Origin: Chloroflexota bacterium
GTDB lineage: Bacteria; Chloroflexota; UBA11872; VXNJ01
Assembly (NCBI GenBank): GCA_965261345.1
Contig: OZ253449.1
Location: 1,504,001 to 1,568,000, forward strand
Length of the DNA: 64,000 nucleotides
Direction: 5' to 3'
The notes below the pieces were generated by a model. That model had not been told where the DNA came from. It was given only the letters and a program-made list of their open reading frames with translations, and did no database searches. Position 1 is the stretch's first letter. The number at the start of each line of letters is the position of its first letter. Positions 30,193 to 40,114 of the stretch are shown piece after piece. Both the position numbers and the translations under genes were made by a program.

Positions 30193-30558
30193 TTGGAACC
30201 GATCCCGCCCCCCTCGCGGACCCCGCGAAATCTGCCACAGACCCTCTATGAGGTTGGCGGCGGTTTCCTGTTGGGGTTGGCGGTCCTGGGTGGAATCGGC
30301 GCCACGGGAACGCTGCTGCTGTCCAGTTTTTTTGTCGACACCTCCGATCCGGCGATCCGCTGGCCGCTGGTGCTGGGAGCGCTGGCCCTCGTTGGCGGGA
30401 TCATGGGCAACAGCTACGGGTTCGCGGTGCGGTTTTTTCTGGTGCGGCGCGGTTATAAAGTCAGACTCGGAGCCCCGCCACCGTCCCATCTGGTCAAGCA
30501 GATTCAGGCAATCGAAGCGGCGGGGTCAGACCGCAACGTTACCGACTGGGAAACCTAA
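30193..30558 (+). CDS. Hypothetical membrane protein
   Basis: Two TM helices; fills the operon gap. Confidence 0.6.
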   Translation: MEPIPPPSRTPRNLPQTLYEVGGGFLLGLAVLGGIGATGTLLLSSFFVDTSDPAIRWPLVLGALALVGGIMGNSYGFAVRFFLVRRGYKVRLGAPPPSHLVKQIQAIEAAGSDRNVTDWET

Positions 30559-30570
30559 AGGAATCCGCCA

Positions 30571-31002
30571 ATGCTCAAGGGCCTAGATCCGCTGCTCAAC
30601 GCCGACCTCCTGTACGTGCTCGCTGCGATGGGCCACGGCGACGAACTGATCATCGTTGATGCCAATTTCCCCGATACCGCCCACGCCGAACGGCTGGTCC
30701 GCCTCGATGGCAACAGCGCAACCGATGCGCTTTCTGTGATCCTCTCGGTCCTACCGCTGGATACGTTCATACCCGCCCCCTGCGCGACGATGGCACCAGT
30801 TGACGGCGGCCCCGAACCGGCGGTTGTTGCCCAGTTCAAGCGGATCGCCGCCGCCGCGGAGGGCCGCACGGTCGAATTTGAGGAGGTCGAACGCTTCGCC
30901 TTTTACGAGCGCGCGGCCGACAGTTTCGCGATCGTCTCCACCAGTGAACGACGCCTCTACGGAAATGTCATCGTGACCAAGGGCATCATCGCGCCCGACT
31001 GA
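30571..31002 (+). CDS. fucU: RbsD/FucU-family sugar mutarotase
   Basis: MLKG.DPLL..DLL..LA.MGHGDE....DANFP, ERFAFYERA, YGN....KG. Confidence 0.9.
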   Translation: MLKGLDPLLNADLLYVLAAMGHGDELIIVDANFPDTAHAERLVRLDGNSATDALSVILSVLPLDTFIPAPCATMAPVDGGPEPAVVAQFKRIAAAAEGRTVEFEEVERFAFYERAADSFAIVSTSERRLYGNVIVTKGIIAPD

Positions 31003-31029
31003 ACCCCCTCCCCGCAGCGATTGAGAACA

Positions 31030-31974
31030 ATGCCGCTATATCTGAAAGAAGCCGACGTTGAGCAGGTGCTCGACATGGATCTGGCGCTGGCGCAGGTCGA
31101 AAAAGTCCAGCACTGCCTAAGCACCGGCGGGGCAAAAAACCTTCCGCGCCGCCGGATCATCCAGTCCGGGCGGACCCTCCACCTGATGGCTGCCAGCGAC
31201 GAGGATTGCGGTTACGCCGGGCATAAGTCCTACTTAGCCGCCCCGGGGGGCATCAACTTTACGGTCGTCCTCTACGAGATCGCCAGCGGCCGATTGGCCG
31301 CTGTCATCGAGGCCGGCCGGTTGGGTCAGATCCGCACCGGGGCGGCCAGCGGGGTGGCCAGCAAATACCTGGCCCGACCCGAATCTGCCCGGTTGGGAGT
31401 CATCGGCGGTGGCTACCAAGCCGAGACCCAGGTCGAGGCGATCTGCCGCGTCCTGCCGATTTCCCAGGTGCGTGCCTACCGGCGAACCCCCGACCGGCTG
31501 GCCAACTTCTGCCGCCGTGTCGGGGAAAAGCTGGGGATTGAGGTGGTGGCGGCCGAGTCGGCGGCGGAGGCGGTCGCCGAGGCCGACGTGATCATTACCG
31601 CCACCAACTCGCTCGAACCGGTAATTTCCGGACGATTGCCGGCCGGCGTTCACGTATGCGCGATGGGTTCCAATAGAGCCGCCGCGGCCGAGCTGGCGCC
31701 CGATACGGTGGGGCTGTTTGACCGGGTGGTCTGCGACGACATCGATCAGGCCCGGGTCGAGGCCGGCGATCTTATCCGAGCCAACCAGGCCGGGACCTTT
31801 GCCTGGGGAACCGCGATTGCCCTTGGCGACGTGATCGCCGGTAAAGCTTCCGGTCGCCGGTCGCCTAGCGATACGACTCTTTTCGAGTCGTTGGGGATCG
31901 CCGCCTGGGATGTGGCGGTGGCCGCCCGGGTTCTGGAACGGGCGCGCGCTGAGGGACTCGGCCGCCAGCTTTAA
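31030..31974 (+). CDS. Ornithine cyclodeaminase/mu-crystallin family protein
   Basis: RTGAASGVA.KYLAR, G.G.QA..Q, TLFESLG.A.WD. Confidence 0.92.
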   Translation: MPLYLKEADVEQVLDMDLALAQVEKVQHCLSTGGAKNLPRRRIIQSGRTLHLMAASDEDCGYAGHKSYLAAPGGINFTVVLYEIASGRLAAVIEAGRLGQIRTGAASGVASKYLARPESARLGVIGGGYQAETQVEAICRVLPISQVRAYRRTPDRLANFCRRVGEKLGIEVVAAESAAEAVAEADVIITATNSLEPVISGRLPAGVHVCAMGSNRAAAAELAPDTVGLFDRVVCDDIDQARVEAGDLIRANQAGTFAWGTAIALGDVIAGKASGRRSPSDTTLFESLGIAAWDVAVAARVLERARAEGLGRQL

Positions 31975-32042
31975 GGATTTCATCCGGCGGCGCCCGGCGG
32001 TCAAGCATTTACAATTTCCCGCTTTAGCATTGCCAAAGCACC

Positions 32043-32118
32043 GCCCCTATCGTCTAGAGGACTAGGATGACACCCTTTCAAGGTGTAGACAGGGATTCGA
32101 ATTCCCTTGGGGGCACCA
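32043..32118 (+). tRNA. tRNA-Glu (TTC)
   Basis: Acceptor GCCCCTA/TGGGGGC, anticodon arm ACACC-ct-TTC-aa-GGTGT, T-loop TTCGAAT, encoded CCA. Confidence 0.97.
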
Positions 32119-32167
32119 GATCAAGTTCGCCGCGATCACCGGCGGTCCGCCAGCGGCAGCAGGCCGG

Positions 32168-33460
32168 CTAGCCTTCGTAGACGCGCACCTGCTGGCGCAG
32201 TGCCGCCCAGGAGAACCAGAAATCATTGCCGTGCACGATCGGGGTGAGGGCGCTGCCGGCGAGCGGCCCGGCGACTGCGATCCCCAGCGAGTTCCATTCG
32301 CTACCGGTCTCTGAGTCCTGGATCTGGCCGTCGACGGGTTCAAACGCCAGTTGGCGCCCGGCAAGGACCGGGTCGAACACCCCGGCCGATCCCACGTCGC
32401 GCGATTCGGCAATAGTGCCGGCATCGAGCGCCGAGGCGGTTCCTTGCTGGAAGAAGATCACGATCGCCCGCCCGCCGATCCGATCACTGACCACCCCGCG
32501 CTGCGAAAGCAGTAAATAAGGGAAGGCAACCTGCTCGCCGGCGATTTCGACCACCACCACCCGCTCGGTGGCCGGCAGGCGCTCATCCGGCTGGCCGAAA
32601 AATAGGAACGGAGCGCGATTGCCGGAGTCGTAATTGAGATACGGATTGGATCCGTAACGGCGCGAATATCCGGTCTGCTCGGTTAGTACCAGCCCATCGG
32701 GATAACTATCCAGATAGGTTTGAAAGGAGGCAATCGCCATCGGCAGAAAGCCCAGGCGATATCCGGTTAGGGTGCCCACTATTGCCTGGCCGGTCGACTG
32801 TTGCCACCACGACTCGGTTTCATCGTCCCACAGGATCAGGTTCGAGGCGCGCAGGTTGGCGCTCACCCCCAGCCGCAGGGTTCGGTTCTCGACCTGCCGG
32901 GAAAAGCCGATCGCGGTGTTGCACAGCGGACAGAAGGTGACCGCAACCGGCAAGCCGTCGATCTGGTCGTTGACGATCTCGTGCCAGGTAAGAACCCGCA
33001 GCGGGTAGGCCCGCACCAGGTCTCCCAATTGCAGGACTGCAATCGGCTCGTTGGGTGGCAGGCCGGCGGCCATCTCGGCGGCGCGGGCGAATTGCGGCGC
33101 ATCGATCGGCGGAATGATGTCGCGCCCGGCAGCGGCCTGGGTTATCTCTGAGAGGTGAACCGATTTGATCGAGAAATCGGTCTGCCAGCCGTCCTCACGC
33201 CAGATGCTGGCCGATTGCTGCTCGTCTGGCGCCAGCGGGATGAGGGCCACATCCTCCAATACCGCCGCCGGCGGGCGGTAGCGGCCGGCCGGCGGCCTGG
33301 TGGAGGCTTGTGTTGGCTCCATTGGAATCGGCGCCGGGCTGGCGGCCGGGGTAGGTACCGGAGCGGGTACCGCACTGCCGCCGCAGGCGGTAAGGATCGC
33401 CGCCGCCGCGGCACCCAGAATCGCCCGCCGCGAGGTGGTCGCTAGGCGTTCTCGTGCCAT
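32168..33460 (-). CDS. DUF3179 domain lipoprotein
   Basis: SRRAIL Tat-like motif, LTAC lipobox, IPPIDAP.F, AYPL..L.WHEIVND, TFCPLCNT, FWFSWA. Confidence 0.88.
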   Translation of the reverse strand: MARERLATTSRRAILGAAAAAILTACGGSAVPAPVPTPAASPAPIPMEPTQASTRPPAGRYRPPAAVLEDVALIPLAPDEQQSASIWREDGWQTDFSIKSVHLSEITQAAAGRDIIPPIDAPQFARAAEMAAGLPPNEPIAVLQLGDLVRAYPLRVLTWHEIVNDQIDGLPVAVTFCPLCNTAIGFSRQVENRTLRLGVSANLRASNLILWDDETESWWQQSTGQAIVGTLTGYRLGFLPMAIASFQTYLDSYPDGLVLTEQTGYSRRYGSNPYLNYDSGNRAPFLFFGQPDERLPATERVVVVEIAGEQVAFPYLLLSQRGVVSDRIGGRAIVIFFQQGTASALDAGTIAESRDVGSAGVFDPVLAGRQLAFEPVDGQIQDSETGSEWNSLGIAVAGPLAGSALTPIVHGNDFWFSWAALRQQVRVYEG

Positions 33461-33876
33461 AGCAGAACCGGACAGTGGGCGTTCTTTAGCACGTGCTGGG
33501 GGGTTGGCCCAAGGTCGCATCCGAGATCGCCGAGAAACTGGTGCGACCCGATGATGATCTCGCCGGCGCCGCGGGCGCGGGCATATTCGACGATCGCCCG
33601 TCCGGCGTCGCGGGATTGCTCACAGTGGACGATCGTTCGCACCGCAGAATCCTCGCCGACGGCTTTTACGGCGCGCGCCAGTAGTTGTTCGCCGCTGCGC
33701 CGCTGGGCGGGATCGGCCTGATTGACCGAGCGGTTCCAGCCGACTTCGATTACGTGCAGGATGACGAGGTTTGTCTCGCGCTGGTGGGCCCGTTGGGCGG
33801 CCAGCCCGATCAGTTGGCGATCGCCCGGTTTGCCTTGAATGGCGACCAGAGTGTCGCCGCGGGGACTGGGGGTCAG
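33442..33876 (-). CDS. Universal stress protein
   Basis: Frame is open upstream of the tracked GTG and reads TLVAI...LVILHVIEV...AIVEYA...IIIGS...LG....[12 protein letters not shown]. Probable CTG start overlapping the recA stop. Confidence 0.85.
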   Translation of the reverse strand: MTPSPRGDTLVAIQGKPGDRQLIGLAAQRAHQRETNLVILHVIEVGWNRSVNQADPAQRRSGEQLLARAVKAVGEDSAVRTIVHCEQSRDAGRAIVEYARARGAGEIIIGSHQFLGDLGCDLGPTPQHVLKNAHCPVLLWHENA

Positions 33877-34916
33877 CTTGCCAGGTCCTCGTTGACCGCC
33901 TGGCGGATGGCCGACTCGAGCTCGACCGCGATGTCGCCGTTTTCCTTAAGCGTCTGGCGCGAGCGCTCACGGCCCAGCCCCAACCGGATATCACCGTAGG
34001 AGAGGTAGGCGCCGGCCTTGGTGATCAATCCGTGCTCAAGACCCATGTCGATCAGGCCGGTCTCACGCGAGATCCCCTCGTTGTAGAGGATGTCGAATTC
34101 ACAGGTGCGAAACGGGGCTGCGACCTTGTTCTTGACCACTCGCACGCGGGTGCGGTTGCCGACCACGGTGGTGCCGTTCTTGAGTGCTCCGATTCGCCGG
34201 ATATCGATGCGTACCGAGGAATAGAACTTGAGCGCCCGTCCACCGGGAGTGATTTCAGGGCTGCCGAACATGACCCCGACCTTTTCACGCAGCTGGTTGA
34301 TAAACACCACCGAGGTGTTGGTTCGGGCCACGGTGCTGGTGAGCTTGCGCAGTGCCTGCGACATTAAGCGCGCCTGCAGGCCGACATGGGTATCACCCAT
34401 GTTGCCCTCCAGTTCGGCGCGCGGAGTGAGCGCCGCGACCGAGTCGATCACGATGATGTCGAAGGCGTTGGAGCGGAGCAGCTCTTCGGTTATTTCCAGG
34501 GCTTCTTCACCGCTGCCGGGCTGGGATATAAACAGCTCCTCGGCGATGACCCCGCAGCGGACCGCATAGCCGGGATCGAATGCGTGTTCGGCGTCAATGA
34601 TCGCGGCGTAGCCGCCGGTTTTTTGGGCCTGGGCGATAACGTGCTGGGCCAGGGTGGTCTTGCCTGAGGACTCGGGTCCAAATATCTCAATGACCCGGCC
34701 GCGTGGAATTCCGCCGACCCCCAGGGCCAGATCCAGTGCCAGCGAACCGGTCGGGATCACGTCGACCTTTTGCCGTTCGCCTTCCGAGAGCCGCATGATG
34801 GCGCCCTGCCCGAAACGCTTGTTGATGCTGGCCAGGGCAATATCTAAGGCCTTGCTGGCGGCTTTATCCCTTGCCTTGGCCACCTTGCTGGCGGCTTTAT
34901 CCGTTGCCGTGGCCAC
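33873..34916 (-). CDS. recA: Recombinase A
   Basis: [49 protein letters not shown]. Confidence 0.99.
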   Translation of the reverse strand: MATATDKAASKVAKARDKAASKALDIALASINKRFGQGAIMRLSEGERQKVDVIPTGSLALDLALGVGGIPRGRVIEIFGPESSGKTTLAQHVIAQAQKTGGYAAIIDAEHAFDPGYAVRCGVIAEELFISQPGSGEEALEITEELLRSNAFDIIVIDSVAALTPRAELEGNMGDTHVGLQARLMSQALRKLTSTVARTNTSVVFINQLREKVGVMFGSPEITPGGRALKFYSSVRIDIRRIGALKNGTTVVGNRTRVRVVKNKVAAPFRTCEFDILYNEGISRETGLIDMGLEHGLITKAGAYLSYGDIRLGLGRERSRQTLKENGDIAVELESAIRQAVNEDLAS

Positions 34917-35040
34917 TTAGCACTTCCCAAGGTGATAAACGGTGGTAGAAATAGAATCAAATTGATCTGACAAATTATATGACAGATATATAACGCGGGA
35001 ACTGCTAAACGCCTACGTTACCAGTTGATCGGAGACATTT

Positions 35041-36078
35041 ATGAGCGTAACAATGCCGGCTGTGCGAATCCATGGGCCGGGTGATGTGCGCCATGAATGG
35101 GTGGACGTTCCCGGTGTGGGTCCGGACGAGGTGCGGATCGAGATCGCCCATACTGGAATCTGCGGTACCGACCTTCATATCTACGACGGTTGGCAGATGG
35201 GGGCGATGGTCACCCTGCCCAATTACCCGGCGGTCATAGGACACGAATTGGCCGGAACGATCGTTGAGGTCGGCTCGGCCGTAACTACCCGCCGAGTCGG
35301 GGAACGAGTGACGGTGCAGCCGCAGGTCTATTGCGGAGTCTGCGTAATGTGTGAGCGCGGCAGCGGCAACATGTGCCGCAACAAAATCCGGTTTTCGCGT
35401 GGCGGAGCCTGGGCCCGCTACATGGTGGTGCACGCCAAGCAGGCCTACCTAATTCCCGACAAGGTCTCAACCCAGCTGGCGGCGCTGTCCGAACCTCTGG
35501 GCTGCGCACTGCGCGGCCTGCAGCGGGCCCGCCTGCAACCCGGTGATACGGTATTTGTCGCCGGCGGGGGCACCATCGGGTTACTGCTGGCGGCGCTGGC
35601 CCGAAAACTCGGCGCGAGCCTGGTAATCGTCTCGGAGCCGTTTGCCAACCGGCGCCGGATCGCCGACGCGCTGGGGGTTGACCTGACGATCGATCCGCTA
35701 AATGAGAACGTTGCCGCAACCGTGGCCGAGGCCACCGGCGGGATCGGGGCCGATGTCTGCCTGGAGGCGGCCGGTCCGGTCGCGGCGGCGCTAGATTGCA
35801 TCTCCACGGTCCGCGACGGCGGGACGATCATCATGATGGCGCTCGCTCATCCTGACCAGGTGTTCGCGATGCAACAAAATGATCTCGTTCTGCGTGAGAT
35901 CGACGTTCGCGGCACGGTTTTGCTCGACAACGACTTGGAGGGCGCACTGCGCCTGCTTCCACAGCTGGGGCTGGAGCCGCTAATTACCCACGTGTTGCCG
36001 CTCCAGGATGCGCCGCAGGCAATCGCGATGTGCAAACGGGGCGAGGCCACCAAGGTTCTTTTCGACACCAGCATGTAG
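35041..36078 (+). CDS. Zinc-dependent medium-chain (sugar-alcohol type) dehydrogenase
   Basis: GICGTDLH, GHE, CGVC.MC......C, GGGTIG. Confidence 0.93.
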   Translation: MSVTMPAVRIHGPGDVRHEWVDVPGVGPDEVRIEIAHTGICGTDLHIYDGWQMGAMVTLPNYPAVIGHELAGTIVEVGSAVTTRRVGERVTVQPQVYCGVCVMCERGSGNMCRNKIRFSRGGAWARYMVVHAKQAYLIPDKVSTQLAALSEPLGCALRGLQRARLQPGDTVFVAGGGTIGLLLAALARKLGASLVIVSEPFANRRRIADALGVDLTIDPLNENVAATVAEATGGIGADVCLEAAGPVAAALDCISTVRDGGTIIMMALAHPDQVFAMQQNDLVLREIDVRGTVLLDNDLEGALRLLPQLGLEPLITHVLPLQDAPQAIAMCKRGEATKVLFDTSM

Positions 36079-36210
36079 GCGCTTTCCGCGCCGCCGCCCC
36101 CCCGGCGGCAGCGCGACCATTTAGATCGGGCGGTGTGATCTAGCGGCCAGGCGGAGGCCAATCGGGCGGGCGCGTAGCTGCTCGACGGCGGTTGCCGCGA
36201 CCACGACTGG

Positions 36211-36265
36211 TTAAGATGTTTGATATTTGTGTGCTATATTCTGCTACACAAACACAAAGCAAACA
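36211..36265 (+). promoter_or_regulatory. AT-rich promoter/operator of the T4SS-Tad operon
   Basis: Extended -10 TGcTATATT (36232-36240) flanked by inverted repeats TGTTTG..TTTGTGT / ACACAAA..CAAACA. Confidence 0.55.
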
Positions 36266-36279
36266 GAGAGTGCTAACCG

Positions 36280-36975
36280 GTGAATCACGCGCGACCGCTG
36301 CCCGCATTCGACCACCCCGATGGCCTACCGATCGATGACGGGCAGTGTCCGCTGCGCGCGGTTTTGGTCGTGGCTCCCGATGCGGCTGCGGCCGACGCGG
36401 TATTGCGCATTCTCCAGCGACACCGGACCTGCCGCTTTCTGGCCTGGGCGCAGAGTGCCGAGGGGGCGGTGCGACGCCTGTCGGCCGAACGCTTCGACCT
36501 GGTACTGCTGGTTGGCTTCGGTCCGACCGTGGCGCTGGCGGCGATTCGCCGCCTGCGCGCCTGCGTGGGCAGTGCGCGCACCCTGGTGCTGGCCAAATTT
36601 CCGGCCACCTCCGCCCTAATCGACCAGCTTGTCGCCGCCGGGGCCGGGGGGCTGCTCGATTGCAACCGCGGCTTCGCGCAACTGCCCGGGGCAGCGGTAA
36701 TCGTTGCCCGCGGTCACTCCATATTTCCGCCCGGCAGCCGATCCCCCGGGCCCGGGCCCGGATTGCTCCCCGGGGAGGGCCCGGAGAAATTGACCGCGCG
36801 CGAACGCGAGGTAATGGGGCTGATCGCCCAGGGCCGAACCGCCCGCCAGACGGCCGAGGCGCTCTCGCTTAGCGTCTATACCGTCGAGAACTACCTGCGG
36901 TCCTGTTATCGCAAGCTGCACTCGTCCAATCGGGTGCAGGCCTGCAACGTGGCCCGCTACTACGGGTTCATCTAG
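36280..36975 (+). CDS. NarL/LuxR-family regulator with degenerate receiver domain
   Basis: C-terminal LTAREREV..LIAQG.......L.LS..TV..Y.....RKL...NR.QA; receiver reads FDLVLLVG and lacks the phospho-acceptor Asp. Confidence 0.88.
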   Translation: MNHARPLPAFDHPDGLPIDDGQCPLRAVLVVAPDAAAADAVLRILQRHRTCRFLAWAQSAEGAVRRLSAERFDLVLLVGFGPTVALAAIRRLRACVGSARTLVLAKFPATSALIDQLVAAGAGGLLDCNRGFAQLPGAAVIVARGHSIFPPGSRSPGPGPGLLPGEGPEKLTAREREVMGLIAQGRTARQTAEALSLSVYTVENYLRSCYRKLHSSNRVQACNVARYYGFI

Positions 36976-36976
36976 G

Positions 36977-37384
36977 TTGGCGACTCCGATTGATGCGCCG
37001 GACCGGCGCGGCGGCAATCCCTATCGCCGCGCCGTTGCCGTGGTCGGGATCGGCCAGCTGCTTTCCATCCTGGCCCTGGCGGTGCTGGCCGAAGTGGCCG
37101 CCGCCGCCGAAATCGTGGCCGCGCCAACGGGCGCTGACCCGATCACCTTCGCGGTCAATTCGCTCAAGACTTTCCTGGCCACCATCGCCACCGTGGTGGT
37201 GGCGGCCTCGATCGGCTGGAAAGCGGTTGTGGCCTGGTCGGCCGGTAGCGTCGAGGCGCAACGCGAGGCGCAGCGCTTTGCGATGCAGTCACTGCTGGTC
37301 TACGGATTGGTGATGGCATTTAACTTCGGCCTGCTCCAGGGCGCGGTCGAGTACCTGGTCAACACGATGGGTGGTCGCGTCTGA
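36977..37384 (+). CDS. VirB2/TrbC-like T4SS pilin
   Basis: Signal-like hydrophobic segment, then two hydrophobic helices joined by SAGSVEAQREAQ; lies before the PrgI and VirB4 genes. Confidence 0.65.
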   Translation: MATPIDAPDRRGGNPYRRAVAVVGIGQLLSILALAVLAEVAAAAEIVAAPTGADPITFAVNSLKTFLATIATVVVAASIGWKAVVAWSAGSVEAQREAQRFAMQSLLVYGLVMAFNFGLLQGAVEYLVNTMGGRV

Positions 37385-37812
37385 GCTACCCGATTCCGAT
37401 ACCGGCCGACATCGAAGATGTATCGCAGCGGTTCCCGATCGCCGGTTTTTACCTAACGCCCAGGGAGCTTATCTGGGTGGTGGTGGCGGCAACGATTGAG
37501 GCCGCCCTGGCCGCCCTGACGGTATCTGCTGGTTTTGCCTGGCCCACGCTGGCGGCGCTTGCGGTTCCACCGATCTGCTGCTTTGCGGTCTTGCAGCTAC
37601 CGGTCGAGGGCGCCGCGCTGGAACGCTGGCTAATAGATGTTGCCCGCTTCCATTTCCGGGGTCGGATGCTCTGCCGGGACCGCCCGCCTCAATCGGAGTC
37701 TGAGAGGCTGGAACTGCCGGTGGTTCTCTATACGATCGCCTGCCCCGGCCGCCGGCTGGCCAACGGTGAGCGGACCCGCGGCGGATACCGCTTTGAAATT
37801 TCTAACCGCTAG
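37381..37812 (+). CDS. PrgI/VirB3-like membrane protein
   Basis: In-frame upstream extension SYPIPIPADIEDV..RFPIAGFYLT.RE is PrgI-like, followed by 2 TM helices and G..LERWL. Probable CTG start. Confidence 0.65.
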   Translation: MSYPIPIPADIEDVSQRFPIAGFYLTPRELIWVVVAATIEAALAALTVSAGFAWPTLAALAVPPICCFAVLQLPVEGAALERWLIDVARFHFRGRMLCRDRPPQSESERLELPVVLYTIACPGRRLANGERTRGGYRFEISNR

Positions 37813-40114
37813 GCTGGCCGGTCCGGCGGATCCGGATGGCACGCTTGACCTGGGAATCGCCGGCGTAACCGACGCCGGGATCGAACTTTCCGACGGAGGC
37901 TGGGTGGGAGCGTTGCTGCTTGACCCGGTCGATATCGAATCGCTCAACCCGGCTCAGTTGGAAGGGCTAATAGCCCGCCTGGCCACGTTCTGGGCCACGC
38001 TGGGGAACCCGTTGCAGCTATTGATTAGCAATCGCCGCTATGCAATCGATCACTACCTATCCGGGGCGATTGCGCGATGGCCGCAGCGTTGGGGCGCCAA
38101 GTTGGCGCTGCGCCGCAAGCTGCTAGGCGATGCGGGGTCTGGTGAATCATGGCGCGCGGTGCTCTCGGCCCACGCGGCCGCCTCCAATCTGCGATATCTC
38201 TCGGCCCTGGCGGTGTGCGGTGGACCGCCGGCCGGGGCAGCTGGCGGCGCCCAGGTACTGGCCGAATCGCTCGGGCAGGTCTCCCGGGCGCTGGAACAGG
38301 CCGGAATCGGCCACCGGCGCCTCGATGGCTTAGAACTTGCCCTGCAGCTGGAGCTGGCGTTCTTTGGCAGCGGGCGGGAACTGCGTTCGGCGCTCCAGTC
38401 GGTGGGGTCGATTGCGCTTGAAGGAAAGGTCAGCAATCTGGCTTTTGAGCAGGTCGACCCACTGCCCGAGTGGGTCAGGTTCGGCCTGCGCTCGATCTCC
38501 CTGCCAGCTGCTGTTGGTGAGCGCCAAATTGCCGCTGGTTACCTGCGGGCCCTGCCGCGCGCGGTAGACCCGGGGTGGCTGGCGCTGGCTGGAAAACTCG
38601 CCTGCGACTTCGACCTGGCCCTGCACGTCGTCCCGGTCGGTCAGGGCGAGGTGATGAACCGGGTCAAGCGGGCTGAACGCCAGATCGCCGGGACCCTGAT
38701 CGACGCCGAACTGGCAAATCCGGACAAGATTCGGGAGCAGCGCTGGCGGGCCGAGGACGTCGACCGGTTGGCCGAAGCAATGCGCGGGCGCGACGGCTAT
38801 TTCAAGCTGGCCGCCTTCTACGCCGTTAGCGCCGACGGCCCCGATGAGCTGGCCCGCGCCCGCGAGGGCCTCGCCGGGCAGTTGGCGGCCAGCTCGATGG
38901 TGGGCGCCGGGGCGGTCGGTTACCAGCGCGAAGCCTGGCTCTCGACCCTTCCACTGGGCCGTGAAAAGCTCCCACGCCGGCGTGGGATCACCTCGCGCCC
39001 GCTGGCCGCCGGAATTCCCTTCGCCGGTCGCGGCCGCTTCGATGAAGATGGCTGGCTGCTTGGATCCTGCGGGAGTGGATCCGGTCCGGCCGGTCCCTTC
39101 CTTTTCAACCCCTTTGGTCCCGGTTACGAGAACCCGCACCTGGCGATCTTGGGCCAAAGCGGGGCCGGCAAGACCCACCTGGCGCGGGCTATCGCCCACT
39201 GCGCCTGGCTCTGGGGGGCCGAGGTCGCCCTGCTCGATCCCAAGGACGAATACCGGGCGCTGGCGCGGCGCTGTCAGGGGTCAGAGATCGCGATCGAGCT
39301 CGGCGGCGGCTCAGCGCTCAACGTGTTCGACGGCGCCGCTGCCGCCGGACCGCGCGAATTTGCCGGGGCCCTGGCCGACGTGGCGCGCTTCTGGCGGGCC
39401 GCGCTGGGCAGGTTATCGGGCCAGCAGGAGACCCTGCTCGAATCGGCGATTGAGGCGGTCTGCGGCGCCCCGGCCAACCGAGCCGGCAGCCGCACCCCGC
39501 TGGCTTCCGACCTGGCGGCCGAAATCGCTAGCCGCCGGTCGGCTGATCCCGCCGATCCGGCCTCCGATCTGGCCGATCGGGTGCGCCGTTTTACCGGACC
39601 GGCCCTGGGCGGACTTTTCGGATCCCCGACCAATGTGAGCCTGGACAACGACTTCCTGCTGTTTCAGCTGGCCGGCCTGCGGGCCCAGGATGTAGATCTC
39701 TACGTGTTGGCGGTGCGCTTGTGCCTGCTCGCGCTAACCCGCTGGCTGGACCGACCGGCCGAGCGGCGGCTCATCCTGGTCGACGAGGCCTGGAGCCTTT
39801 TGCACGAACCGGCCGGAGCCAAATTCCTGCTCGATCTGGCCAAGACCGCGCGCTCGCGTGGGGCGATGCTGGTGCTGGTCACCCAGGACGCCACCGATTT
39901 TTCCGCCAACCCGCTGGCCCGCTCGATCCTGGCCAACTGTTCGGCCACGTTCATCTTCCGTCAGCACCACGCCCACGCCGCCAACCTGGGCGAGCTCTTC
40001 AACCTGGATCGCCCGGCCAGCGCCCGCATCGCCACCCTGCCGCGCGGCCAGGCGGTGGCCGCGTTGGCCAGCGGCGAGCGGATCCCGCTAAAGGTCCTTG
40101 ACCACCCTTGGTGA
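37793..40114 (+). CDS. virB4: VirB4-family T4SS ATPase
   Basis: NPH..ILGQSGAGKT, LDPK.EY, ILVDEAW, KTARS.G.....VTQD..DF; TTG start assumed. Confidence 0.92.
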   Translation: MKFLTARLAGPADPDGTLDLGIAGVTDAGIELSDGGWVGALLLDPVDIESLNPAQLEGLIARLATFWATLGNPLQLLISNRRYAIDHYLSGAIARWPQRWGAKLALRRKLLGDAGSGESWRAVLSAHAAASNLRYLSALAVCGGPPAGAAGGAQVLAESLGQVSRALEQAGIGHRRLDGLELALQLELAFFGSGRELRSALQSVGSIALEGKVSNLAFEQVDPLPEWVRFGLRSISLPAAVGERQIAAGYLRALPRAVDPGWLALAGKLACDFDLALHVVPVGQGEVMNRVKRAERQIAGTLIDAELANPDKIREQRWRAEDVDRLAEAMRGRDGYFKLAAFYAVSADGPDELARAREGLAGQLAASSMVGAGAVGYQREAWLSTLPLGREKLPRRRGITSRPLAAGIPFAGRGRFDEDGWLLGSCGSGSGPAGPFLFNPFGPGYENPHLAILGQSGAGKTHLARAIAHCAWLWGAEVALLDPKDEYRALARRCQGSEIAIELGGGSALNVFDGAAAAGPREFAGALADVARFWRAALGRLSGQQETLLESAIEAVCGAPANRAGSRTPLASDLAAEIASRRSADPADPASDLADRVRRFTGPALGGLFGSPTNVSLDNDFLLFQLAGLRAQDVDLYVLAVRLCLLALTRWLDRPAERRLILVDEAWSLLHEPAGAKFLLDLAKTARSRGAMLVLVTQDATDFSANPLARSILANCSATFIFRQHHAHAANLGELFNLDRPASARIATLPRGQAVAALASGERIPLKVLDHPW

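Noticed and set aside
32168-33460. DUF3179 as a selenoprotein
   Set aside because: The motif is encoded as CPLC with Cys codons and there is no in-frame TGA.
36268-36276. GAGTGCTAA, the right half of a CIRCE element (also TAGCACTC near 26428)
   Set aside because: The matching half-site at 9-bp spacing is absent in both places.
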